Positions 44,456 through 54,078 of a DNA stretch of 64,000 nucleotides are shown here, piece by piece; position 1 is the stretch's first letter, and each line of letters begins with the position of its first letter. The position numbers were made by a program, and so were the translations under genes. The stretch lies in assembly GCA_963847455.1 (NCBI GenBank), contig CAWKAG010000058.1, forward strand, positions 5,644-69,643, in the 5' to 3' direction. Under the pieces are notes generated by a model that saw nothing but the letters and a program-made list of their open reading frames with translations, had not been told where the DNA came from and searched no databases. The stretch is from an uncultured Acidimicrobiia bacterium (GTDB lineage: Bacteria; Actinomycetota; Acidimicrobiia; Spongiisociales; JAENVV01).

Positions 44456-45391
44456 CTACCCCTTGACTCCGGCCGACGCGATGGATTCCACGAAGGCTCG
44501 CTGAAGGGCAAGGAAGAAGGCAAGCACCGGCAAGGTGATCAGAGTCAAGTAGGCCATCATCTCGCCTCGCGCTGGGTCAAGCTGTTGGAAGGCCGCTACG
44601 GCCGTCATGACAGGGCGAAGGTCACCATCAGGAACCGTCAATATCGGCCAGAGGTACTGATTCCATGCGGCTAGGAACGAAAGGATCGCCACGGTCGCCA
44701 GTGCCGGACCGGACAGCGGCATGATTACCCGCCAGTAGACCTGCCACCACGATGCGCCATCGATCCTTGCTGCCTCATCTAACTCCTTCGGGAGCGTACT
44801 GAAATACGAATATAGGAAGAAGATAAATATCGCGGACGCCGTGAACGGGACGATCTGCACGATGTAGGTCGACTGCCAGGACGTGACGAACTCCATGTCG
44901 GACCAATCGAACCGCGGCAGCTTCGACACAAGAAGCAGCAGCGGGATCACGATGGCATCAAACGGGATGATGAGGGTCGCGATGAGGACGGCCAGCACGA
45001 CCGGAGCGCCTTTCCACTTGAGCCGAGATAGAGCAAACGCCGCCATCGAGTTCACGAACAGACCGACGCCCACGATCATCGAGGTCACAAAGACGGAGTT
45101 AAATATGAAGCGTCCCGCATTGACCCTGTCGAACACTCCTTTGTAGTTATCGAACGACAAGTCACCCACTGGCAAGAAGGCCCGCACCGAGGACATGTCC
45201 CGCAGTAGCTGCTGCTCTGGCTTCAACGAGGCGATAACCATAAGGACGATTGGGAACATAAAGAACAGAGCCAGGACAATCATCACGATATAGCGTCCGC
45301 TCAGGATTGCCGGCTCCCATCTACTCCCGACCATGCCTCCGCGACGAAGCCCCTTCTTCTTCCCTGGGGAATCTGTGTCCTTCTCGACCAT
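44456..45391 (-). CDS. Carbohydrate ABC transporter permease (MalG-like)
   Basis: 311-aa ORF with 6 TM helices and the EAA loop (LDEAARIDGASWWQVYWRVIMPLSGPAL). Confidence 0.9.
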   Translation of the reverse strand: MVEKDTDSPGKKKGLRRGGMVGSRWEPAILSGRYIVMIVLALFFMFPIVLMVIASLKPEQQLLRDMSSVRAFLPVGDLSFDNYKGVFDRVNAGRFIFNSVFVTSMIVGVGLFVNSMAAFALSRLKWKGAPVVLAVLIATLIIPFDAIVIPLLLLVSKLPRFDWSDMEFVTSWQSTYIVQIVPFTASAIFIFFLYSYFSTLPKELDEAARIDGASWWQVYWRVIMPLSGPALATVAILSFLAAWNQYLWPILTVPDGDLRPVMTAVAAFQQLDPARGEMMAYLTLITLPVLAFFLALQRAFVESIASAGVKG

Positions 45392-46506
45392 CAGTCTGTC
45401 TCCCTCGTCAGGTAACGCTGGATTAACGCGATTGCAAGCACCATGAAGAAGAAGACAATCGTGATGGCATTGCCCAATCCCATGTTGCCCTGGCGGAAGC
45501 CTTGCTGAACCGCCTGAAAGATCATCGTCTGGGTCGAATCGAGGGGCCCACCTCGGGTAAGAACATCAATCTGAACGAACAAACCAAAGGCCGCGATTGT
45601 GATAGTGATCAACACAAAAACTGCCGTCGACCGCAGACCCGGCCAGGTCACGTTCTTGAATTGTTGCCACCCATCGGCACCGTCGATCGAGGCGGCCTCA
45701 TATAGATGACCGGGAATCGTCTGGAGTCCGGACAACCAGATGACCATGTGGAATCCAACGGCTTGCCAAATCGACATGACCATGATCGATGGAAGGGCGA
45801 GGCGGGCATCTCCGAGATACCCAAGGTCCACTTCTCTCTGCGTTATCAAAGAGAGTATTCGGTTCATGAGTCCCGAGGGGTCAGGGGCCAGAATGAAGCT
45901 CCAGAGAATTGCAATGACGACCATCGACGTCACCACCGGCATGAAGTAGATGGTACGGAAGACATTGACACCGCGTATCGGGCGGTTAACGAGCAACGCC
46001 AAGATAAGACCCAACCCCCCCTGCAAGGGGGCGATCACCGCAGCAAAGATCGCGGTGTTGATGATTGCCCGCATGAAGGTGGGGTTACCCGCCAGTACGA
46101 CCAGTTTTGAACCATCCGACCCGGTTCGTGTGAACCATTCGCCGAGCCCATTGAACTGCGGGTAGTCCGGATTGTCTCGGGTAAGTTCCCTAACTCGCTG
46201 GTAGGTAAACTCGCCATCGGCATCGAGGACTGGAACGCCGTTCTCTTCAAGCGGCTCAAGCGTCACCCACCGAATATTCAGTAGGTTTTTGTAGTTCTCC
46301 AACCCAACGAATTCTGTTTCATTGCCTGAGATGAGGCGTTGATTCGTGGCAGAGATGTAAAAGGCCGAAAAGAACGGGTATAACAAGAATATGGCAATAA
46401 GGGCGAGCGCCGGAGCGGCAAACAGCCAGCCGGCTCGAGCTTCCATCTTCCTAGCTCGCTGCGTCGATCCAGTCTTCTTCGGCGAATCCTTTTCGGCAAC
46501 AGTCAT
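45391..46506 (-). CDS. Carbohydrate ABC transporter permease (MalF-like)
   Basis: 371-aa ORF with the EAA loop (LYEAASIDGADGWQQFKNVTWPGLR) and a large periplasmic loop between TM1 and TM2. Confidence 0.9.
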   Translation of the reverse strand: MTVAEKDSPKKTGSTQRARKMEARAGWLFAAPALALIAIFLLYPFFSAFYISATNQRLISGNETEFVGLENYKNLLNIRWVTLEPLEENGVPVLDADGEFTYQRVRELTRDNPDYPQFNGLGEWFTRTGSDGSKLVVLAGNPTFMRAIINTAIFAAVIAPLQGGLGLILALLVNRPIRGVNVFRTIYFMPVVTSMVVIAILWSFILAPDPSGLMNRILSLITQREVDLGYLGDARLALPSIMVMSIWQAVGFHMVIWLSGLQTIPGHLYEAASIDGADGWQQFKNVTWPGLRSTAVFVLITITIAAFGLFVQIDVLTRGGPLDSTQTMIFQAVQQGFRQGNMGLGNAITIVFFFMVLAIALIQRYLTRETD

Positions 46507-46582
46507 TCCCGCCTCCTATCAACTTGACAGTACCTAGTGCGGACCGGGCCTTGCAGCCCGGTCCGCACGAGCTCAGGTTATA

Positions 46583-47974
46583 TCAACCACCGAGGTCGAA
46601 TCCGTAGCCTTGGTTGGCTTGCATGTCGGCCTCGATCTCATCAACCATACGGTCCAAAGTCGATACTACGTCGGCACCGTCGGCGATGTCCGCCGCACCC
46701 TTCTCGAAGATGAGCGCGATGGTCGTGTACGCCGGTGTGGGCGGCCGGATCAGCGCCTGTGCAGCGGAGATCTCAAAGAAGGTCGACAACGGATCACCTA
46801 CGTCGTACTTCTCGGTCAGCGGACGCGCTGCCTCCAGACCTGGAAGCACATTCTGCGCATCAGCAATCGCGGCGATATTCTCCGGCGTGAGCGTCGAGTT
46901 GATGTAAGCACTCGCCGCCTCCGGATACTCGCACGATGCAGCCACGGCCCACTGCCATGAGGCGCCGCCAATCTTGCCCCCGGCCCCAAAGTCAGGAGCG
47001 GGAAGGAAGACCACATCATCGCCGAGGTTCTCGATCGCTCCGTTAGCCGCCCAGATACCATTCCACTGGAGCCCGTAGGTCTCGCCTTCGTAATCAGCCA
47101 GACCTGCCTGTGCGAAGCCCTCATCGCGGTTCGCAGGAAGGCGCGGGGCGTAGCCGTCAACGAACATCGACTGCCACCACTCGCCCCAGGCAATCGCCTC
47201 GGGTCCGTTGAGTACGCCTTCGGCTTCGACATAGTTGTCACGATTGATCAAGTCGCCACCAAATGACTGCAGCAGCGGGGAGAACCCGTACGGGAACCAC
47301 TCACCGGTCCAACCCATGCCAAAGTCGATAGCGAAGTCGTATTTACCGGAATCCTTGTAAGCGTCGAGCACGGCTTGGAACTCCTCGCCCGTCCAAGGAC
47401 TGTCAATCGTTGGAGTGCGAAGGCCCAACTCGTCCAAATCCGACTGGCGGGCGAGGATCGCTACCGCAGCATCGAACTGGCCGACTGAGTAAAGCTCACC
47501 GTCCCAATAGCCCTTAACAGTGTCAAGCAGGGCGGCCTCGGTGTCCGAGTCAATAGTCAGAGGCGCCAGATAACCCGACCACGCCCAGTTCGGAGTGTTG
47601 GGACCGTCGACGTCAAGGATGCAGGGCAAGGAGTCAGTAAGTGCGAGCGCAACGACAGTGTCGTTGTAGTCGCCTTGCGGAAACGCCTCGTAGAGAATCC
47701 AGTACTCGTCCTGAGATTCGTTGTAGTCGTTGATGTAGTTCTGAATCTGCTCGAGCTCGGCAGGGTTACCACCCGAGTGAGTAGCGAGATTCAGTACCTT
47801 GCGGCCTTCGGGAACGTCCTCTTGGGATGATTGGGCAAGGGGACCGGATTCGGTCGTGTCGGTTGTGCCCGAACTAGCATCCGTATCGTCGGACGACGAG
47901 CCGCACGCCGTAACGAGCAGTAGCAGCGCTACGAGCGTCACTGCAACTCGCCATGTTGAGTTGATCGTTTTCAT
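46583..47974 (-). CDS. Extracellular solute-binding lipoprotein of sugar ABC transporter
   Basis: The track ORF extends to 48151. The ATG at 47974 gives MKTINSTWRVAVTLVALLLLVTACGSSSDD (lipobox) preceded by GGAGGAG. The body has family-1 SBP character. Confidence 0.85.
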   Translation of the reverse strand: MKTINSTWRVAVTLVALLLLVTACGSSSDDTDASSGTTDTTESGPLAQSSQEDVPEGRKVLNLATHSGGNPAELEQIQNYINDYNESQDEYWILYEAFPQGDYNDTVVALALTDSLPCILDVDGPNTPNWAWSGYLAPLTIDSDTEAALLDTVKGYWDGELYSVGQFDAAVAILARQSDLDELGLRTPTIDSPWTGEEFQAVLDAYKDSGKYDFAIDFGMGWTGEWFPYGFSPLLQSFGGDLINRDNYVEAEGVLNGPEAIAWGEWWQSMFVDGYAPRLPANRDEGFAQAGLADYEGETYGLQWNGIWAANGAIENLGDDVVFLPAPDFGAGGKIGGASWQWAVAASCEYPEAASAYINSTLTPENIAAIADAQNVLPGLEAARPLTEKYDVGDPLSTFFEISAAQALIRPPTPAYTTIALIFEKGAADIADGADVVSTLDRMVDEIEADMQANQGYGFDLGG

Positions 47975-48065
47975 CGTCTGTCTTCTCCTCCATTGGTTGC
48001 GCGCTGTTCCTGCAGCGCCGTCCTTGGTCGAACAAGGCTCCGGTCGTCGGAAGGATGGAACCGCT

Positions 48066-48079
48066 TCCACAACGGTCTC
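48066..48079. promoter_or_regulatory. Candidate LacI-type operator (near-palindrome TGGAACCGCTTCCA) upstream of the sugar-binding protein gene
   Basis: 14-bp site with TGGAA/TTCCA arms, about 95 nt upstream of the SBP start in an AT-richer divergent intergenic region. 12 of 14 positions are palindromic. Confidence 0.3.
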
Positions 48080-48233
48080 ACAATAATCAGAATCAGATGA
48101 GAAAAGCAACAGAACGCGAAATTTATTCTGAGGTCTCGACAACGAGAGCACGCGAGGACAAACACTGGGTTTTAACTGCTTCTTAGGAACCGCTCATCGG
48201 GTATTGAACCGAACCAACGTAAACTGATCGGAC

Positions 48234-48911
48234 ATGAGTACCGTCCTGATCGCCGAAGATGACGAAGGCGTACGCACTGCGCTGTCCCGAGCACTGAAAT
48301 TCGAGGGCTACGACGTGGTGCTTGCCTTCGATGGCGCCGAAGCCCTGGAAGCCGTTTCAACGTCCGAACCGGACGTCATTGTCCTTGACGTCATGATGCC
48401 CCACATCGATGGGCTGACGGCCTGCCGGCGGATGCGCTCCAAAGGTATCGAGACGCCAATCCTGATGTTGACGGCCCGCCAGGAAGTATCCGATCGGGTG
48501 GCAGGACTCGACGCCGGAGCCGACGACTACCTCCCAAAGCCGTACGCCCTTGAGGAGCTCCTGGCGCGCCTGCGCGCCTTGCTCCGTCGCACCGACCATG
48601 TCGAAGGCGACACCGACGAACTGTCCTACGACGACTTGACGATGAACCTGTCGACCCGGGTCGTCAAGCGGGGCGAACGAGAACTCGACCTCACCAAGAC
48701 CGAATTCGACCTGCTGGAGCTCCTCCTTTCCAACGCCGAGATCGTCCTCACCCGAGACGTTATATACGACCGCATTTGGGGCTACGACTTTGAGACGTCT
48801 TCAAACTCGCTCGACGTCTATATCGGCTATTTGCGTCGCAAGACCGAAGAAGACGACTCCACCCGGCTCATCCACACTGTCCGAGGCGTCGGCTACGCGC
48901 TTCGCTTATGA
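48234..48911 (+). CDS. OmpR-family response regulator
   Basis: REC domain (VLIAEDD...[10 protein letters not shown]...LMLTA) plus a winged-helix domain ([11 protein letters not shown]...VRGVGYALR). Confidence 0.92.
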   Translation: MSTVLIAEDDEGVRTALSRALKFEGYDVVLAFDGAEALEAVSTSEPDVIVLDVMMPHIDGLTACRRMRSKGIETPILMLTARQEVSDRVAGLDAGADDYLPKPYALEELLARLRALLRRTDHVEGDTDELSYDDLTMNLSTRVVKRGERELDLTKTEFDLLELLLSNAEIVLTRDVIYDRIWGYDFETSSNSLDVYIGYLRRKTEEDDSTRLIHTVRGVGYALRL

Positions 48912-50233
48912 ATCTCCGCAGTCGCATCGCGCTGCTCGTGGCCGGATCCGTCGCCGTCTGCATGTTGCTCGTGGCAGCCATCGCGTTCATATCCACGGTC
49001 CGTGAAATTGAGCGCGACGCCGACCGGCAGCTGAGCGCCCGTGCGGAACGGTTCCGACATGAATTCGGACCGAACTCCGAGGAGAACCCTTCGCTTCGGG
49101 GTCTGTTTGGCGCCAACCAGCCAATGCAGTACATCGACGACCAGGGGATCCCGCTCTTTACGTACGGGATTGAAGAGCCGCTCCACGTAACCCCGATCGA
49201 TATTGCGGCCATCGAATCGGGCCGACCGTCGGCGCTTCACACCGAGCAAACCGCGGGCGGCACCTTCCGCATCATCACGGTGCCCTTCGAGAGTGGCGGT
49301 GGCCTTATGTTTGCGCAAAACCTGATCGAACAGCAGGCGTTCCTCAATCGTATCCAGGCACAGTTCGTAGTGATCGGTCTCATCGGTGCCGCCTCGGCCG
49401 GCCTCATCGCGTCGGGTCTGGCTGCCGCTTCCCTACGGCCAATGGGTTCACTCGCCGCAGCTGCCGAGAACGTCGCCAGGACCCAGGATCTTGACGCCAC
49501 GATCCGGGTGCGACGCAACGACGAGGTCGGGCGGGTGTCGAACGCCTTCAACACGATGCTCACCGCCCTCGCTGCCTCGCGCAGTCAACAGAAACGCCTC
49601 ATCGACGACGCCTCACACGAACTCCGAACTCCCCTAACCGCGTTGCGCACCAACATCGACTTCCTGCAACGAGCCGATGGCCTGGAGCTTTCGGAGCGAA
49701 AAGATATCCTTCAGGACGTCAACTTCGAGCTTGAAGAACTGACGACCCTTGTGTCCGAATTGGTCGAACTGGCCAAGGACAACCAGACCAGCGACGAACC
49801 GATCATGGAGATCGAACTGGGTGCCCTGGTCAGCCGGGTCGCCGACCGAGCCGAACGCCGCTACAACCGCGCAGTGATCGTCACGTCGGATCACACCGTC
49901 GTAACCGGCCGACCGACGTTGATCGAGCGGGCCGTGTCCAACCTCATTGACAATGCCCATAAGTGGAGCGCGGCGGACGAGCCAATCGAGGTAACCGTCG
50001 CCGACGGCGAGGTGCGGGTACGCGATCACGGACCCGGCATCAGCGATGCGGACAAGGAACGAGTCTTTGACCGTTTCTATCGATCCGACAAAGCCCGCAC
50101 CCTCCCGGGCTCGGGTCTCGGACTTGCCATCGTCGAAGAGATCGTGGCTTTCCATGGCGGGACCACCATCGTCGAAGACGCCCCAGACGGCGGGGCAATT
50201 GTCGGCTTCCGGGTACACGCCGCTGCTTCCTAA
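48908..50233 (+). CDS. Sensor histidine kinase (2 TM, HAMP, HisKA, HATPase_c)
   Basis: H-box [13 protein letters not shown]-box LIDNAHKW, G-boxes DHGPGI and GSGLGLAIV. The start overlaps the regulator stop (ATGA). Confidence 0.9.
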   Translation: MNLRSRIALLVAGSVAVCMLLVAAIAFISTVREIERDADRQLSARAERFRHEFGPNSEENPSLRGLFGANQPMQYIDDQGIPLFTYGIEEPLHVTPIDIAAIESGRPSALHTEQTAGGTFRIITVPFESGGGLMFAQNLIEQQAFLNRIQAQFVVIGLIGAASAGLIASGLAAASLRPMGSLAAAAENVARTQDLDATIRVRRNDEVGRVSNAFNTMLTALAASRSQQKRLIDDASHELRTPLTALRTNIDFLQRADGLELSERKDILQDVNFELEELTTLVSELVELAKDNQTSDEPIMEIELGALVSRVADRAERRYNRAVIVTSDHTVVTGRPTLIERAVSNLIDNAHKWSAADEPIEVTVADGEVRVRDHGPGISDADKERVFDRFYRSDKARTLPGSGLGLAIVEEIVAFHGGTTIVEDAPDGGAIVGFRVHAAAS

Positions 50234-50317
50234 CAGCCAATTTCCAGTATTTGGTTCTTAGGGTCTTCTTAGGTTCTGTTGCCCGTACGTTTAGACGCTT
50301 CCCCCATAGTTACTCTC

Positions 50318-50875
50318 ATGGAAGGCAGCTTGACGACCTCCGCAGAAGACCATTTCGCCACCGCCAGCGACGCCGTCGCCCAGGTGCCGGAACTGATCGC
50401 CGTCCGGTTCGCCGACCCATTGCTCGCTCAGGAAGCCAGCATCGCCATGATCAGGCTCGAGCGGCATAAGTCGATCGACATCGACGACCTCGCCATTGTC
50501 AACAAGACCGATGGCGGACATGTCCACATTCATCAGACCCGCGACATGGGTACCACCCAGGGTGCCGCCACGGGCGGCATGTGGGGGGCGCTCATCGGAC
50601 TGGCCGTCGCCGCTCCGTTCATCGGTGCGGCGATCGGCGCTGCGGCGGGAGGACTCTTCGGGAAACTGCGCGACATCGGAATCAATGACAACCAGATGCG
50701 CGACCTCGGCGACAGCCTCGCCGATGGCGAAGCAGCCCTCTTCGTTCTTTTGAAGGATTACCAACTCGCCCACCTGCTCGCAGAACTACGGCGCTTCGAC
50801 GGTCGGTTACTCCACACGACTGTTGATCCCGAGGTTGCGGCCGAACTCGAGGAGGCGCTGGCTTATCAGATTTGA
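50318..50875 (+). CDS. DUF1269 family membrane protein
   Basis: From the ATG at 50318 (track ORF 50279): LIAVRF...A..A...L.....I.I.DLAIV.K...G.V.I, a Gly-zipper TM region (GAATGGMWGALIGLAVAAPFIGAAIGAAAGG), then FVLL....A..L..L. Confidence 0.75.
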   Translation: MEGSLTTSAEDHFATASDAVAQVPELIAVRFADPLLAQEASIAMIRLERHKSIDIDDLAIVNKTDGGHVHIHQTRDMGTTQGAATGGMWGALIGLAVAAPFIGAAIGAAAGGLFGKLRDIGINDNQMRDLGDSLADGEAALFVLLKDYQLAHLLAELRRFDGRLLHTTVDPEVAAELEEALAYQI

Positions 50876-50959
50876 CGAAATCACCGGAACGGGCGGTATG
50901 GCCCTCCCAGCCTCCCACAAGACCGCCCGTTCCAACCGTTTTACCTGAAAGGAACCAAC

Positions 50960-51151
50960 ATGGACTCGACATTTATCGCCAGCCGACCAGCCGGCCGTAC
51001 CCGTCGCCCCAAGACTTATACCGCTCATAGAGTATGCGCTGACATGTCCTGCGAGACAGTGCTGTCGCGTTACAACAAGCGTGAAGCCTGCCATGTCCAC
51101 GCTCCCGTCAAGTTTCCCCGCATCCGGGGTCGGTTCGAAGACGCCGAATAA
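50960..51151 (+). CDS. Small Cys/His-containing hypothetical protein (63 aa)
   Basis: MDSTFIASRPAGRTRRPKTYTAHRVCADMSCETVLSRYNKREACHVHAP... with CX4C-X12-CXH spacing suggestive of a zinc-binding knuckle. GAAAGGAAC RBS-like sequence upstream. Confidence 0.4.
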   Translation: MDSTFIASRPAGRTRRPKTYTAHRVCADMSCETVLSRYNKREACHVHAPVKFPRIRGRFEDAE

Positions 51152-51182
51152 ATCGTTAGCTGCGAAGCCAACCTGAAACGCC

Positions 51183-51214
51183 AGTCGGGCGAACGCATGT
51201 GCGTTCGCCCGACT
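51183..51214. terminator. Strong hairpin between convergent genes (15-nt arms AGTCGGGCGAACGCA / TGCGTTCGCCCGACT)
   Basis: Perfect inverted repeat separated by TG, between the stop of 50960..51151 and the nirK stop. No U-tract. Confidence 0.5.
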
Positions 51215-51237
51215 CGGTTAACCGGCTGCTTGGTTGG

Positions 51238-52858
51238 TTAGCTCTCGACGACGACCTTGGCCCGCATCCATGGATGGGGTGCACAGAAGTACTCGAATTC
51301 GCCGACTTCAGTGAACGTATAGGACCACGTGTCACCTTTGGACATCAGGCCAGAATCAAACCCAAAGTCCACGTCCGTAACCGTGTGCGCTTGTGAGTCT
51401 TCGTTGACCCAGGTCACGGTGGTACCTACTTTGACGGTGAGTACGTTGATGTCGTAGTCAACCGGAACCTCACTGTCAGCGAACTCGTCTGGAGCGTCGA
51501 GTGGCTGGCCGGTCCAGGCGCCATCCACCATCGTCACGACTGGACCCTCCGGAACCGCAGCAGGTGTATCAGGGCTCGCCGTCGCCCCCTCCGTAGAGCC
51601 AACTTCGAAGATCTCCGGGTTCGGCTCACCGGACACCGTCACAATCCCGATGGCACCTTTGTCGAACGCTCGGGTAAGTGCGTGGTCCACCAGGATGATG
51701 TTCGATGGAACTTGACCCAGGAGGTCAACGATGACCCCGCCACCAGCCGGAACCAGGGTGGTTTGCGAACCACGAATCGGCTGATTGAGCGACGCTCCCT
51801 CTGGCCAGACCGAGTCCCAATGTGATCCGATGGGATGGAAGTTCGAGTCAAGGTTGAGTCCGGCAGTTCACGAAGTAGAACCGGGCCCGATCACCAACGT
51901 CCATCTGCAGGGCGTTATCTCCGGTCAGGGCTCCCTTGGCACCGTTGAAAACCACCATCGTTGGGTGTTCATCAGTCATCGCCACCCGGTCCTGCGTGTA
52001 CGCACCCGAATCGGCTGCTGTCAGGTAGTACTCGGACTGGACGATGTAGAACTCCTTGTCGGCTTGGGGCAGTGGAGTTTCGGGATCGACGAGGATGCCG
52101 CCATACATGCCGTGGGCAATGTGGCCCGGGACGTCACCGGCTGCGCAGTGATACATGAACATTCCCGGGTACAACATCCTGGCTTCAATCACGGCCGATT
52201 CTCCCGGGGCGACCAGCGTATTCTCTGCCCCGCCGCCTTGTCCGGTTACGGCATGGAAGTCGACATTGTGGGCGGACAGGTTTTCCTCAGGGTTGTAGAT
52301 CACGAACCGGAGGACGTCGCCGACCCGCGCCCGAACCATCGGTCCTGGAGTCCCGGTCAACTGGTCATCGCCCCGGATTTGGTATCCCCAAGTCTCAAAC
52401 TCGATACCGGTCGCTGGGTCGATGGCCGCGACCTTTTCCACGATGTCGAATTCGACCGTCACAATGGCTTGATTGGTCCGATCGGCAGCCGGAGGAACAT
52501 TCGGCGCGTACGACACATTGACCTCTTCGGCCGGTGCCGGCGAAAGCTCGGCTTTGGGCGTCAGTGTTGGAAGTACCGACCCGAACTCAGTCTGCACGGG
52601 TACCGAAATGGGCTCGGTCGTCGGTGCCGGAATCGTTGCAGACGGCGTGGCCGTCGCTTCCGGCGGCGTGAACGCGGCGAGTTGCTCATCCACGAGCGCC
52701 TGCACCACATCTTTGTCTACTGAGTTGTGTGAAGCAAGCAGAACCATCGACACAATGCCAAGGCCCGAGGCGACGAGCACCCCGGCTAGTGCCGCTGCCA
52801 AAAGCCAGCCGAGTGCAGGATGCACATGGGAGGGAGCTTCGGGGGGTCGGGTAGTCAT
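51238..52858 (-). pseudogene. nirK: Copper-containing nitrite reductase NirK with N-terminal TM anchor and extra C-terminal cupredoxin domain; one frame break near 51865
   Basis: ORF 51848..52858 carries HNVDFHAVTG and YHCAAGDVPGHIAHGMYGG (T1/T2 Cu ligands). After FYFVN the frame stops, but deleting one base near 51865 gives AGLNLDSNFHPIGSHWDSVW...ILVDHALTRAFDKGAIG, in frame with ORF 51238..51690. That ORF ends in a plastocyanin-like domain (AHTVTD...YFCAPHPWM). Confidence 0.8.
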
Positions 52859-53268
52859 TCTTCTCCTCCATTATGTGGATTGGATTGTTCAATAACCGGG
52901 CGTTGCCCGAGCGCCTCGACAAGCGCCCCACGCGCTTGTACCCAGGCGTCGTGTAGCGCACATGGCAGGTTTTCATTACAAGTGCTGGTCCTAAGGACGC
53001 ACTGGCCGTTGGCGGTTGGGCCCTCGACGGCTTCGATCAGTTCAAGGATTGACGGATCAGCGGCCGGATCAATCGTGTAGCCACCGCTCGGACCCCTCCG
53101 GGACCGGACCCAGCCCGCACCGGTAAGTGGCGCCATCACATGTTGGATGTGTTGCGGCGTGGAATCTATGGCCACGGCAAGATCTTCGCTGTTACGGGTA
53201 ACACCGTCAGCCAGGTACCGAAGGGCCCGGACCGCCAGGTCAGTTCTCGGCAGTAGTTCTAATTTCAT
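52855..53268 (-). CDS. Rrf2 family transcriptional regulator (NsrR/IscR-like, three-Cys cluster motif)
   Basis: From the ATG at 53268: MKLELLPRTDLAVRALRYLA... winged helix, then CVLRTSTCNENLPC (C-x7-C-x5-C). The stop overlaps the nirK start (ATGA at 52855-52858). The track ORF starts at 53358. Confidence 0.85.
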   Translation of the reverse strand: MKLELLPRTDLAVRALRYLADGVTRNSEDLAVAIDSTPQHIQHVMAPLTGAGWVRSRRGPSGGYTIDPAADPSILELIEAVEGPTANGQCVLRTSTCNENLPCALHDAWVQARGALVEALGQRPVIEQSNPHNGGEE

Positions 53269-53294
53269 AATTACATAGTCGAGAATTATGAAAT
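53262..53294. promoter_or_regulatory. Perfect 11-bp inverted repeat ATTTCATAATT-N11-AATTATGAAAT (candidate Rrf2/NsrR operator)
   Basis: Arms at 53262-53272 and 53284-53294. This is an AT-rich island in a GC-rich genome. The left arm covers the regulator start codon (53266-53268). It lies in the divergent intergenic region toward 53395. Confidence 0.5.
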
Positions 53295-53394
53295 ACCCTG
53301 CATAGGGCCAAAAGTCCCGAGTTGGCGGCGTCTGGGAATGCTCGGACGATACGAGCATCTCGATTTTGTCGGGCGGGTGCGATATGGTCGAACT

Positions 53395-54078
53395 ATGACG
53401 GTCAAATTCTCACCCAAGCTGTACACATTCCTCCACGATCTCGAAGCCAACAACGAACGGGACTGGTTCAAGGCGAATCAGGACACATACGATCAATACA
53501 TCAAGAACCCCGCCCTCGACTTCATTGAGGCGTTCGGACCCCGACTGTCGAAAATCAGTCCCAATTTCGTGGCAGACACACGAGGCGTCGGCGGTTCGCT
53601 ATTTCGCATTCAACGCGACACTCGCTTCGCCAAAGACAAGACGCCATACAAGACCAACACCGGGATGCAATTCCGTCACGTAATGGGCAAAGATGTGCAC
53701 GCTCCCGGCTTCTATCTGAACCTCGAACCGGGCGCCAACTACATGGGCTGCGGACTGTGGCGACCCGAGACCAAAGTGGCCTACCAAATCCGCGAGGCGA
53801 TCGATGCCGATCCGACCGGGTGGAAGAAAGCGACCACCAACAAGCGCTTTACGGACTTCTTCGAAGTTGGCGGAGATTCGCTAACTCGACCTCCGAAGGG
53901 CTACGACGCCGACCATCCGCTCATCGAGGACCTAAAGCGGAAGGACTTCATCGCCTCGACCCGCCTCACCCAGAAGCAGGTGACATCGGCTGACTTTCTG
54001 AACGACTTCACCGACCTATGCAAGCGGACCGTGCCATTCATGAAGTTCATCTGCGACGCTGTCAAAGTGCCGTTCTAG
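53395..54078 (+). CDS. DUF2461 (TIGR02453) family protein
   Basis: From the ATG at 53395: FSPKLYTFLHDLEANNERDWFKANQDTY...GGSLFRIQRDTRFAKDKTPYKT..G..F matches the conserved TIGR02453 pattern. Confidence 0.8.
   Translation: MTVKFSPKLYTFLHDLEANNERDWFKANQDTYDQYIKNPALDFIEAFGPRLSKISPNFVADTRGVGGSLFRIQRDTRFAKDKTPYKTNTGMQFRHVMGKDVHAPGFYLNLEPGANYMGCGLWRPETKVAYQIREAIDADPTGWKKATTNKRFTDFFEVGGDSLTRPPKGYDADHPLIEDLKRKDFIASTRLTQKQVTSADFLNDFTDLCKRTVPFMKFICDAVKVPF

Noticed and set aside
44455-44523. ATG at 44523 as the start of the second GH-J glycosidase
   Set aside because: It would overlap the upstream permease by 68 nt. The TTG at 44454 with an AAGGGG RBS sits just after the permease stop. I kept it as an alternative only.
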